64,000 bases of DNA. Source: Octopus sinensis. Its lineage: Eukaryota. Shown here piece by piece: positions 27,657 through 40,985 of the stretch (position 1 is the first letter of the stretch; each line of letters opens with the position of its first letter). The translations under genes were made by a program, and so were the position numbers. The notes beneath the pieces are model-generated. The model saw nothing but the letters and a program-made list of their open reading frames with translations, did not search any database and had not been told where the DNA came from. The DNA lies in the NCBI RefSeq assembly GCF_006345805.1, contig NC_042998.1, positions 200,136,001-200,200,000 of the forward strand, read 5' to 3'.

Positions 27657-27887
27657 TGTGCGTGTGAGTATGTGTGTGTGTACATAAATACGTATATATA
27701 ATTGTTTGTTTGTTTTCCACCTGCCTTCGTCTTTTGTCTATTTTCATAAAGCTTCCCGTTATATATATATATATATATATAATATAAATGTATATATATA
27801 TATATATAATATATATAGATATATATATATATTATATATATATATATGTATATATATATATGTGTATATATATGTATATATATATAT

Positions 27888-27927
<40 letters not shown>

Positions 27928-28079
27928 TTATATATATATATATATACATATTTATATATACACATACACATACACACACGCACACAGGCATACATACACA
28001 CACGCACACATAAACACATGCACACACACACACATATTTATATTTATGTATGCGTATGTATGTATGTATGTGTGTGTAT
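27566..28079. repeat. (AT)n/(GT)n/(CA)n microsatellite complex
   Basis: Direct. Confidence 0.95.
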
Positions 28080-28222
28080 ACGAGGGGTGCTGAAAAGTTC
28101 CTGGCCTTACGGGTATCGGGAAAAGCCCGGTTGGAGGTTCAGACTTCTATGTTCTTTTATAGGGCTTAGAAAACCTGAAGGGCCGCTGCAATAAGTGTGC
28201 GGATCTGAGAGGGGGAATACAT
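28079..28222 (+). mobile_element. Internally deleted mariner fragment
   Basis: TA|CGAGGGGTGCTGAAAAGTTCCTGG mariner-type TIR joined to a transposase C-terminus (GLRKPEGPL / EGRCNKCADLRGEY). Confidence 0.65.
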
Positions 28223-29099
28223 TATATATATATATATATATATCAACACTGCACAAAAAAACTCGATACGTCTTATTTTATCTAACTCTCTAGATATTGT
28301 TAAATCTCATATTGTTCCCAATATAATAAATGCTCACACAAAAACTTATATACAATGCAGACTACTATAGGCTCCTTTAAAAAGCTAAATATGGTGTCGA
28401 CTCCACCCGCAGTCTGAATCTCCTTCATCCATTATCAGAAACATCAAGAGGCTACTTAGTCACAGTTGGACACTCAATGACTCAAAGGCACCGGAGACCA
28501 TCACTTGGAACATTATATAAACAAAGCGCTCTGTGTTAGGATCATGTGACTAACTTATGCATTAACTACATCTCTGTTAATGGTGCAGTGTTATTTATTC
28601 TGAACCCCCTTGCATTCCTAATATTTCTTTATTTCAACAAATATAAAATATGCTTCAACTAAACCTTTATAATCATTAACAGTTTTTCATTACTGCGCTC
28701 AGCAAAGGAATAAATGAACACGTATATATGACACAATTGTGCTACAATTTTAGTTTACAAATTAAAAGGAAAACATTTCTATAAGCCTAAAGTAGCATAA
28801 ATCGAAATTTCATAAGAGAAAATATATCAAGTCTGAGAAGGTTAACCGACCCTTTACAGCAGTTATAATCTCGATCGCAAATATCTTAAAGCTGATAATT
28901 ATATTAAAACCACTCGAAAAAAAAAAAAACTGATAGCGGGTGAAGAAACTCTAAAAGTGTAAGCATCTTGAATCTAAAAGAAATGCTATGTGTGTCATGG
29001 AATTAAAAACAGTATTATCAATAACTGAAGCAATGTGTATATTTTTTTAAAATGCATGAGCGACGCATATATAAGGAGCCATCGTTAGACAATTAAAAA

Positions 29100-30400
29100 A
29101 TGACTTGATACGTATATATCACATGGTACATAAGGCCTATTTAATGTTAAATCACAACTCGACAGGGCGATGTGTGCTTTCAATACTTGGCACTGAACAC
29201 TTGGCAGGGAACACTCAATATAACACAAACTACACTCTGTGAGGACCAACATCTTGCGTTATAGCACCAATTAGATACACAACTGATATTTCGGAAAAAT
29301 GCAAAGGATTGATTCTATATTATCTACACAAAACTTTCTCTATACAACTATTTCTTCAACGTTAGAACACCTAACAGCAATTGCACAATAGCACAAAGAA
29401 AACACAAAAACTATGTAAGAAAATGACACCAATCAGTTTTACAAGCTGTGCCCCGAGGATGAAATGAGAAGCAAAGTAGTAACTTCACATGGGTTTACAT
29501 CATCAAAACAAAGGAGTACTCACACGTCAAGGACACAGAATTACGCTTGAAAGATCGGTAAATGTTTACACGGAATTATCGAGCGTAATAACGGCCATGA
29601 TCGCACACAAAAAGCAAGTTTTGTTTGTTTGTGGTAAGGAGAGATTTAGTCAATTTGATGAATCCGACTTATCTGGGACTTTATTATATCGACCATGGAG
29701 CGATAAAAGCTTGACGTTCGTGTTACTACTGAGAAAGTAAAGAAACATAATTAAATACTAACACTTATTTAGTCCGTTGAACCATAATAACATTCCACTA
29801 GAGAACTTTTGTAAACTGTATTTATTTTTCGGTGTGATATAGCCGTAACTCTGAAATAACTCCTATGTAATCAAGCTAATCTCCGAAAAAAAAAAGTAAT
29901 ACCGAAAACAATTAAATTAAACCCAGGCACTGAAATTGGAATTAGAACAGATGTGTACGCACAAATAGGTAGGATTAATAGAAACTGATAATGCATGACA
30001 AATAAAAATGTTAGAGAAATCAGTAAAGATTACTTCAGAGTAGTTAGAAAATACTAAAATCGGAACCAGATAATACATATGATATCTTTACAGAGATTAG
30101 CCATCGCACTTACAAAATACAGTAGTAACTTTGTGAATTAAAACTTAGTTGAACTAAATATTTTAGATGACAAAATATAAGAAACTTCTCAATTCATTCA
30201 GGATTCTCCATACTAATGCTGATAAGAATAATATATATCTACGATGCACGTAGAAAAGGACATTGGCTGCACACCAGAGAGGTGAGAAAGTAATAAATAC
30301 AAGCGAACTGAATGATAATTTCACAGAGGAGAACGGTTTAGATTTTGACAAAAACGAAATGGTTAAAAGAACGTAAATGAAAATCTGAAATATGAAATCA
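29100..30400 (+). mobile_element. Highly decayed L1/Tx1-like LINE debris
   Basis: Weak motifs in the expected order: STRQGD, LTRQGHRITL, TLLYRPWSDKSLTFV, FRILHTN. Confidence 0.3.
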
Positions 30401-32151
30401 AAAACAATAGTTTTAAAATGACTTGAAGAGAACTAAAGCATTCTCCGCTGGCAATAGACAGCATGAAGCGAAGAAAATGATGTCTATCAAATTGAAAGCA
30501 AAACTAGCAATAGTCCTAAGGCTCAAGGCTAAAACAAAAAAAAATAGAAGTGTGTTTGTTTTAGCTACATGTGATCGATGTATAAAAATATCGCTAATGC
30601 CCAAAAGAGCTAGCTACACAGTTTCAAAATTGCAAATATAAATAAAGAAAATAAGAGACAAATATAAAACAGTAAAGTGGCTAACTTAGTGAAGAGACTT
30701 GTACTAATTGCAGAGTATACAATCAGAACAAAATTAGTAATTGTTCACATCATCCTTGCCTCCCCAATTTTTGCAAGTCAGTTCCAGTAATGTTTGATGA
30801 TCTTGGTAGGAAAATGAATTTCAAACATCAGCTAAAATTCTCAGGTTTACAACGTAATGTGCAGTCCAGAACAGACTGACGGACCACAGCCGACTTTTGA
30901 ACCTGTTGAGCAACTCAAGAAGTACACTTAATGCAAAATTCATCCACTGTGTAATCAACATCAATCAACACACACAATACGTACATCTTACAGTTATTAC
31001 ACGCCAAAATTACATTACACATACTGTACATATACTTCTCAAACAACGTGCGACCATACTACATACAGCAATTTATCGCTATCTAACATAATATCAAAGC
31101 CAATTCGTTACAATAAAGAAAAGGAGCAGAAAAAACATTATGCCTTTATCAAACAAACCGGTTGAAGAAAGTACCTGCTGTAAGTTTTTGTGGTAAAAGA
31201 CATAGAGAAAATAAATGATACATAAAAAGCATAGCACAGTTGAAGATATTGCCATACCATACAATAACAGAATAGAGGCAGAAAAAAGAGTAGTAATGGT
31301 TAACATAACGTACCAACAGGCTATGATTGAAACTCATTGTCAATTTACGAATGGAAATCTTCCCAATTTGATATAGAAGATGCTATAAAAGCCAGCTCAT
31401 GGAAGCTAAGATCATGCTAAGTTACAAAAGAAGGCCTCACAAATAAACGAGCAGAAGCTATAAAAGGGGGTCTCAAAAATCCTTATACCTTAAATATGCC
31501 TTAAACATGCCTTAAATGAATTATCAATTAACTAAGGAACAAGTTGTAACTTTACATTAATCCATACACTCAAAACATTTCTATAATTGTTCCTACACTT
31601 ACACTCTAAAAGATAACTGGAAACTATTCTGGATTTTTAGGGATGAAGCCGATCACATCGATGTTACTATTTATTTCTGTTTAATGGATATTTGAAAACT
31701 TGTTTATCAAAGTGCTAAGTAACAAGGGGGTTCACATTACAGGATGTAATTCTATAACGTTTTGTTATACTCATAACTAGTTATATATCGACATCTTGAA
31801 TAAATCGTCTGTGTGGTCTATGAGCTAATTATCGGAAGCTCATTTCCAGTTCACTTCCCCTCGGTATTTACCATATATCGCATTATGTAATACTGTCCAA
31901 TAGGAGATCAGAGGGAGCAAGGAATGTATTGTGGCTTGGTAATAATGAACTGTTCGTTTGATTCCATTCTGCAGTACAGTAAGCAAATTCTTTTATTTGC
32001 GCATTTGGTTAACTCAGATTCGAAAAAAATTCCAAGCTAGAACTTAAGCGTCCGTGGTAGACACTTGCGAATGTGACTCTGTAGGATAAAATCTTATAAT
32101 ATGACCGAGCTAAGCCTATAGCTACAGTGCATTTGTGAATACTAACTTTAA

Positions 32152-32346
32152 GGCTGCGAGCTGGCAGAAACGTTAGCACGCCAGGCGAAATGCTTAGCAG
32201 TATTCCATCTGAGTTCAAATTCCGCCGAGGTCGACTTTGCTTTTCATCCTTTCGGGGTCGAAAAATTAAGTACCAGTTGCGTATTGGGGTTGATGTAATC
32301 GATTGGTTCTCTCTCCAAAACTTTCGGGCCTAGAGTAGAAAAGAAT
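32152..32346 (+). mobile_element. SINE-A
   Basis: GGCTGCGAGCTGGCAGAAACGTTAGCACGCC..GAGTTCAAATTCCGCCGAGGTCGACTTTGC..TAAGTACCAG. Confidence 0.9.
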
Positions 32347-32987
32347 TTACCCAGAATTATAACTACTCTTCGTCCAACTCTCATTCAAAATTTTGCGTCA
32401 CTCGTAGTAAATTTCTTTATACTTTCTCGTCCTGAGGAAGATCAAGTGTCAAGAACCTTGGTGTCTACCGTCATTATTTCAAAACGTTACACCGTGAGGT
32501 TTCCATCTTTTCCTACGAACTGCTGTAGTTTTAAAGCTTGTTATGGATTTGGTTAAAAAGAGACGATGAGCGATGGCTAGAAGTATATTGAGTTCTTCAT
32601 AACCAGCTGATCTAGCAAGCGGGGCCTCATATCAGTGAGGGGGGCCGGTGCACATTGATGCCGTCGAGAGGTAGGCCCCGAAACGGCGCGCATTCTCTCC
32701 TGATGACCCCATACACTTGCTAGCTTCCGATATACGGAGCTTTTAACTGGTAGCACTTGCATGTGCAAGTTGTTTGCAAGATATGTAGTATAATTTTTTA
32801 TTCAATCCAGTGTTGTTTGTTTACAGTATAGTACCTGAAAGTGCTTAGAATATCTCTTCAATGATTATACACTTCAAATGCAGAAACAACGAACGATAAA
32901 TTATTTATCACAGTCTCATTTCCAGAGGCGTTAGAAAAAAGCCAAGCTCAAAGATAAGATGAGAATAACTGCAGACATTTATAATTG

Positions 32988-33412
<425 letters not shown>

Positions 33413-33424
33413 TACGACGGAGAT

Positions 33425-34700
33425 AGGATTGGAGGTGATGGGATCTTTTGTCACGTGATTTGTTTTGAGATTATGTTAAAAAATTGCAGTTTCTGGGTAA
33501 GAAAAGAATTGTTTTTGCAGTGAATTTATGTTTTGTGGGCATGAATTGTATAGGGAGCGTACGGCACATAACCGCAGATTTTGATGAATTCTGAATCTGA
33601 TGCTCAAGTCTTTTTTGACAACGCTGGTATCATATTCTCCACATTATGCAAATGATGTTCCACTCGTGGCGGCGCTGCAGACAATAAGCTCTCCATATTT
33701 CAAGGCGTTGCCAGTAATCAAGATCAATTATTTCTTTCATCTTTTTAGGTATTTGCTCTCTGGTTTGACACAATTCTGGTAATGTTTTGCATGGTGTGGA
33801 AAGACCACAGTAAGCAGCAGTAACCTAGGTTTGGTCGTACAAATGAAGACGAAAAAGAAATGATAACATCTTGCTTTTTGAACCGGAAGGATCCAGGAGT
33901 ATATCCTGAGAATTAGATTGACAATTTTTTTTCATTCGAGCACTCCAGCCGAGATTTTCGTCAACGATTACTCCTAAGTCCCCGATATTATTGGATCTTG
34001 TAAGTAGTTCTCTTGAATGAAGAGAATACGGTTGTTTTTGGTTACATATCTGCTTAAAACATGTAGATGAAACGATCTCCTCTATTGATGATATTCTGGT
34101 GTTTGGTGTCAACTGATTCCACCGATTGAAACGTATAGTTTTCCGTTCACTAGGAAATATATCCAATGTAGCTGTTTACTATGAATTCTAATACTGGACA
34201 TTTTTATCAAGAGGATATTATGGTTGACTCTGTCAAACGCTTTGCAAAAGTCAGGATGTATGACAATCAAATTTCATACCTGATCCCAATGCATTAAGGA
34301 CATTATTGATATGTTGTAAAATTTGTTTTACGCTGTCTCTTCCGCAGAGAAAGTCATGTTTGTTAAAATTTAAATGGCTGCGGCTCGTTAGGAAGTCAGT
34401 TATCCTTGATATCGCCGCTTTTTCAAACACTTTGATGATAAGGGTATTGAGTGAGATTGGGTGATGATTAACTGCAAGAGACCTCTTTCCTTGGTTAAAG
34501 AACAGAATGCAACAGATTTGGTATAGAACCCCATGTATTGATGAAATACTAATAGAAGATTTACTATATATTTTCTTAATAGATGTAGCTCCTTTTGGAA
34601 AAGAAATACGTGTAATATGGAATTAATGATATTAAGCGTTTCCAGTTTTGTGACAACATATGACTGCTGAGCAATGAATACTTTGTATTATTTAACATTA
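33425..34700 (-). mobile_element. Decayed CR1-clade LINE (RT and C-terminus)
   Basis: Minus strand KRFDRVNHNILLIKM..LHWI, IGDLGVIVDENLGWSA, LDYWQRL..LQRRHE and KDPIT. Confidence 0.75.
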
Positions 34701-35189
34701 TTCTCTAGTGATTTCAACTCCCCCAGTGATCATAACACCTACAGATATACATGGAGAAATGGAATAAATAGGTGAGCTTCATGAGGTCGCATCTTGGATT
34801 AGAACTCCATCTACCTATTGTATATACATATATGCATACTTATATACACATATAAACAAACATACACCTACATATACACACACATACATATACACACACA
34901 TACATATATAGATAGTTGTAGAATAAATAAATATGTTTAAATAATATATACATATATATAATATATATTATATTAGCTAAGATTCGGGTAAAAATGTTGG
35001 TGTGTTCTATGCAAAGCATGACTTCTTTGAACAATCACCCGAGGAGGCGATTATTACACCTTAGATGGATGATAATAATTTGCACGTTTTCTCACCAATG
35101 TACTACACGTGTAAAAATGCCTCCGAACAATTATAGGGATTTTAAATAATGAATATTTTTCATATATATCTATATACATATCTCTCTCT

Positions 35190-35190
35190 A

Positions 35191-35263
<73 letters not shown>

Positions 35264-35266
35264 GTC

Positions 35267-35311
<45 letters not shown>
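35190..35311. repeat. (CTAT)n microsatellite 5' of the Tx1-like LINE
   Basis: Direct. Confidence 0.95.
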
Positions 35312-35312
<1 letters not shown>

Positions 35313-35319
35313 AGAACGT

Positions 35320-37903
35320 AGGGTGGACTTCAGTGCCTACCTACATAGCCTACCACGACTCTCGACAAGAAGGGCAGGGTGCTGCGAAGGTGCCATCACG
35401 GCGGCGGAAGTGCGGGAAGCGATGGCAGAATGCTCGAGGGACAAATCACCGGGTTTGGATGGTCTACCCTACGAGCTTTACAATTGTATGCCAGACTTGT
35501 TTGGAGATCTCTTGGCGGCGGTGTACTGCAACTGGCAGCAAAACGGGAGCATTCCTGGTTTTGTGAGCCGAGGAGCCGTAACACTGCTGAAGAAAGATCT
35601 AAACAAGGGAAATGTAATAGATAACTTTAGGCCCATCACTCTGCTTAATGCAGACTTGAAAATTTTGGCCAAGGTGCTAGCCAAGAGGTTGGCGCTTGTC
35701 ATCGAGAAACTGGTCGACAAGGCGCAAACATGCGCCGTGCCAGGCCGGACCATCCATGACAACCTCCATCTGATGCGCTACATCATAGACAGGGTAGTTA
35801 ACGAACCTGGCATGGGTGGGGCCCTGATCAACTTGGATCAATCGAAAGCCTTTGATAGGGTAGACCATCGATACTTGGAGGCAGTCCTGAGAGCGGCTGG
35901 TTTCGGTCCCGTCTTCCGCGGCTGGATAGCTGCCTTGTACAGAGGCATCCGTTCGGTAATTCGCGTAAATGGACATCTATCGAGACCTTTCGACATTGCA
36001 CGTTCGGTCCGTCAGGGATGCCCCCTCTCGGCGCTTCTATACGTATTGACTCTTGAGCCACTACTGCGGAAGCTGGCGACTCTAAGGGGCATCCCGCGAG
36101 AATTGGGATGCGGGACGAGCGTGTCTGCATACGCGGACGACGTCACCGTCATAGTGTCTAGCCACGAGCACATCGAGCTGGTCGGCGAGACACTGAAAAA
36201 CTACGAAGCGGTGACAGGAGCGAAAATCAACCGGGAAAAGTCAGTGGGCTTGCGACTAGGCACCTGGAGAAGCAAGCCCGTGCCGTCCACCAGCGCCTCC
36301 GTCCGTCATGGGACGCTGGACCGACGGCCCGGTTGAGTTGCTCGGGGTCTGGTTTGGTCCGGACCTCCAAGTAGAGAAGAACTGGAACGAGATAACGAGT
36401 AGGGTGGTCACTCTCGCCCGGCAATGGGCCGAGAGGAAACTGTCCCTAAAAGGTCGAGCGGAGGTGGCGAACACGTACATCGCGTCCGTCATCTACTACC
36501 GCCTGACCGTCGTACCTTGTCCCGACCCTACCATCACCAAACTACAACGCATCCTCTTTCGCTTCTTGTGGAAAGGATGCGTCCCGATGGTCAGGCGATC
36601 CATTTGCTGTCAACACCCGTTAAAAGGAGGGCTGGGCATGCCGTGGTTGATGATGCGCAGACACGCGCTGAGACTGCGACATCTCTGGCTCTATGTAGAC
36701 GACGGTGAACAGGTGTGGTCGCTGTTTGTGAGGCACGCTTTCCCGCAGCTCGTCTCCATGACCGAACTGCAGTCGTGGATCAAAAAGAGGCCGAGGAAGG
36801 GCGAATGGCACCGCGAGTGTCGCGTTGCTCTCAAGCAACTCTGCCGTCCTGGGTCGACCTTAAGTGACTTCAACACAACCAAAGCATTCTATAGGGGTTT
36901 AGTGGAGGGGAGGTACGACGACGAGCTCGGGGCGAACCTGGACATCGACGAGGAGTATCTGACCCGCCTGTTCGGGACGACTTTCGGGCCAGGGCCCATG
37001 GACAACTTCCAGAGATCCCTGGCCTGGCAGTGCTACCGAGAAGCGCTACCCGTTCGGGATAAGCTCTACAGACACGGCTCGAGAAACACGGGGCCGACCT
37101 GCCCGAGATGCGGTCAGAGCGACGAAACCGTTCTGCACGCACTCGTTCAGTGTCCAACAATTTCCGACCTGTGGGCTTATGTCGAACAACTGCTGTCACG
37201 TGTGGGACGAGTCGGTTTATCAGCTGAGTCTATCGTCAATATTGTCACGCCTCCTTCCTTCAAACGGGAAGGAAGAGCTATTTTCATCATCCTTGTGGCT
37301 ATGGCGAAAGAATGTATCTGGTGGACGCGTCTGAAAGGATTGGAGACAAACACTTTCCTCTCTGGTCAATCTCTCATCAACTTCTTCAAGTACCACTTGA
37401 AAAGGAAAGTGAGAGTAGAGAGGCAAGTTTTGTCTAGCGAATGTTTTAAAAAAAGATGGGTGAATGTAGCAAGAATGGCACGTATGAATGACGAAGCCAC
37501 CTTGAGCATAGTCCTATGAACCCAGAAATCGAAAACAGAGAGTTGCTTATTTGCAAAAAAAAAAAAAAAAAAAAAAGAAATATAAAATGTGACTTCATTG
37601 ACCGAGGTTACCGTGGTCTTTTCCGTAGGCTTTTCTTTCCACGGGTAAACCTCACCTGTCCTCCCCTTTACACTTCATATTGACATTTCTGTGATAACGA
37701 TCCCTATTGATCAATTTTTTTTCCTCTCCCCCTTTTTTTTTTTTTTAACCCCCCCTTTCTTTTGTCCTCTTTCTCTCCTTTTACGATCCCTTTTGATCGA
37801 AACTCCCCCTTCCTTTTTTTTTTTTTTTTAAACCTTCAAAAGAAAAGCTCTACCTTGTAATTTGTTCTATCTGTGTGCAGCCCTGTGTGGCTAATAAAGA
37901 AAC
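35320..37903 (+). mobile_element. 5'-truncated, recently inserted Tx1/L1-clade non-LTR retrotransposon
   Basis: GC-rich ORF2 with RT motifs (KSPGLDG, FRPITLLNADLKILAK, LDQSKAFDRVDH, VRQGCPLS, YADD), C-terminal CPRC..H..C knuckle, pyrimidine-rich 3' UTR, AATAAA near 37894 running into (ATCT)n. Confidence 0.92.
35323..37519 (+). pseudogene. LINE ORF2 (reverse transcriptase plus zinc knuckle) split by one frameshift; endonuclease lost by truncation
   Basis: ORFs 35323-36336 and 36308-37519 fuse (..STSASVMGRWTDGPV..) when one TCCG of the duplication at 36298-36305 is removed. Confidence 0.9.
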
Positions 37904-37974
37904 ATATCTATCTATCTGTCTATCTATCTATCTATCTATCTATATATCTATATATCTATATATCTATCCAACTA

Positions 37975-38042
<68 letters not shown>

Positions 38043-38371
38043 CGCAGTCAAAATGACTGAAACGAGTAAAGGAGAGATAAAGAAGAAGGATATAGATATA
38101 GATAGATTGATAGATAGAAAGATAGAGAGATACATACATGTACACACACCACATATAAAAGAACACATCAACTGCTACACACTACACAGACACACACACA
38201 CGTTACACACGCACACATATACGTGAAAGGTGGAAGTCACTTTTACCCATTCACACATACATACTCACACACACCATTATCACTCTCTCTCACCCACTCA
38301 CGCTTTTTCCATGTTCGACTACAGAACTGAATACGTTTTGTTCCTCCTCTCTCTATTTATTACCTCTTATT

Positions 38372-38480
38372 TCTTTCTATTGAAGAACGTAGGGTCGAAG
38401 CGTAAAAGACTTTTCCATTATTCCCAAGCATCAAACTAATGCAGTTGTTTATTGTTCCTACACCTGTCTTCGTATTTATC
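38372..38480 (+). mobile_element. Degenerate PLE pseudo-LTR-like fragment with decayed hammerhead layout
   Basis: CUUU-CUAUUGA-A-GAAC-GUAG-GGUC-GAAGC-GUA-AAAG has the same layout as 19087-19121. Confidence 0.4.
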
Positions 38481-38494
38481 TTTCTTTAAATTCG

Positions 38495-38528
<34 letters not shown>

Positions 38529-39449
38529 TGATCAAAATAAAATAAAAACATGATGCGAAGGATTCAGCGGTACATATGTTTCGGGCCTTTATTAGACAGA
38601 TTTATAACAATGCATAATGTATGTCTGTGGCCTTCTTCAGCCGCGCACCACAGCTTCCACAAGGACATATGTTACATCAAAAATTCTTGGTTGGGGATGC
38701 AAATCCTCTCATTCACGTACGACATAATGCGGCAGCAGCACAGAGTTGAAGCGTCCATCTCTTTCTTCTCTCAATGTAGAATGAGGAAAATTGGATGTTG
38801 AGGTAATGTAAATAAATAAATACATATATAGAGGTGAAGATGGAGGGGCGAGAGTTCGGGACGAGGGATAAAAAATGTATAAAAAGTGTAAGTATAGAAT
38901 AATATAAAAATGTAGAGGATAAAGGGTTGTAAGTAGATGTAAAGGGGGTATAAAGAAATATAAAGTAAAAATAGAAATAGAAATAAAAGTAAAAAAACCT
39001 GATAAAAACATGATAAAAGTGTAAAAGAATGTAAAGATAAGGGATGTATAGAGGTTATGGACCAAGCATGGTGGTCAGGAGATTGATAAAATTTAGTTGT
39101 AGAATTGTCAGTACATCAACAGTTTCGTCTGGGGACTTAATGCGTTGTAAATCAGAGCTGATGAGCATTTAATCTGGTTCCTTGAATTAAATGGACTTCT
39201 AGTACATACATATCATCATGGATATATACACCCACATACACGCGTACATATACGCCTCCAAGCCTATAAGCATACACACGCACTCGCGTGTAAACACGTA
39301 CATAAGCACACACGCACCCACACGCACGCGCGTACACACACATACATACAACAGAATATCCGCATATATACACGGACATTACGCGCGTACACGCTCACAT
39401 GTATATACGCGCGCCCATCACTCCATACACACACGTATATGCCCACGCC

Positions 39450-39575
39450 TCTAGGTCCAGGTATAAGATATTAAAGGATGTGTATAAGAACGTATGTAAA
39501 TAATCCCGTACTCATGTCAATACGCGCACGCACACATATATATATATATATATATATAATATATATATATATTAT

Positions 39576-39658
<83 letters not shown>

Positions 39659-40075
39659 TAGATATATATATATACATACACACACACATATATACATATA
39701 TACATAGAAGTTTTGCCATTTTTATTCCTCCTTTGATCTCCTCCTTTGATCTCCTCCGTACATCTTCCATCTTCCATCTTCTGCGATCTAAATTCCGACG
39801 TAATTTCCGGGTGATATCTGCTTAATTATCCTTTGATTGTCCATGTTCAACATGCACTTTGGGTTTCCTTTTTTTTCAACTCCATAATCTCTGACGTCTT
39901 GGAATTTACGAACATATCTTTCATCTCACTTTCTCTGAGCAATATATCCAGAAGTCTCTGAAAACTCTTTTCCGATTGTGAAAGTAAGAGTAAGTCATCA
40001 GCCCATTTTATATTTATGATGTTTCTGCCTCCTACTCTAAGACCTTTTCCTCCTCCAGTTTTCTAAGTATCTATT
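39450..40075 (-). mobile_element. Decayed RTE LINE RT fragment interrupted by (AT)n
   Basis: Minus strand NIINIKWADDLLLLSQSEKE and EDGRCTEEIK..RRIKMAK. Confidence 0.7.
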
Positions 40076-40134
40076 CAGTATAGTAATTCAAGAGATCTGA
40101 TGACATAACATATGAGCCGTACATAGAACTGGTA

Positions 40135-40430
40135 AATATACACCTTATTAATGTACAAATGTGAGGCACAGTCTTAACTTCAGAAATATGAAGGTGCTTG
40201 GAGAGATGTGAAAGGTGTTTCTTAAGGAAAATATACAGGGTAGAATGAATAAAGTGTCTTATGAAGAAGTAATATCCCCGGTTGCAGTATATAAGAAACT
40301 GCGTTGTGAGATAAGGAAAGGTAGCCTGGAGAATTTAGCCAAGTCAGAAAGACTGAAGAGCAAAGAATCAGAGGAAGCATGATTATATGGATGCCAAGCT
40401 TGACAAATTTGTTGGAAGAAAGTGGTATAA
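40135..40430 (+). mobile_element. Decayed RTE LINE C-terminal fragment in the opposite orientation
   Basis: TLLMYKCEA, ERCFLRKIYRVE and KVSYEEV resemble LLYGCETW..RRMLRISWT.KVTNEEV. Confidence 0.5.
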
Positions 40431-40904
40431 AACATCAGGATGTAAAACTATTACAGAATACAAAGAACTGAGAATTGTGAAAGAGTATGATCGTCTATGT
40501 CCTACATTCTGGACATGGCACCGTAAGAAGAGGAAGAATATATAAAACAACACAAATTGGCTTAAAATTTACGACAGCTATTTTGGTAGACACTCATTTA
40601 TGTATTTACAGAGTATATCATAACATGTAATCCACCATCTTCAGTTAAAATTTTGAACCCGTTTAAACAGATGAGAAAATAGCTTGATGCTGACGAACCC
40701 AACCAACGTTTTTGGATAGGAATACATTAAGAAAATTGTAAGAAAACAGCTGTCATGTGTTCAAAACCCCATTTGGGCCCCTTTTTATACCTACACTGCA
40801 CCTAAAGCCAGCCTTGGGTCGAGTCAGGTGTGTAAATTTCATTTGGTGCTTACATATCTACAGTATCCTATAGTACATGATACCTTCACAGCTGTTTTAC
40901 CTCT

Positions 40905-40985
<81 letters not shown>

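Noticed and set aside
30650-31500. Possible further RLE-type LINE debris (DIAIPYNNRIEAEK)
   Set aside because: A single weak motif, too decayed to support.
39120-39170. CTGATGAG and GTTTCGTC hammerhead-like words
   Set aside because: They lie on opposite strands and no consistent stems form.
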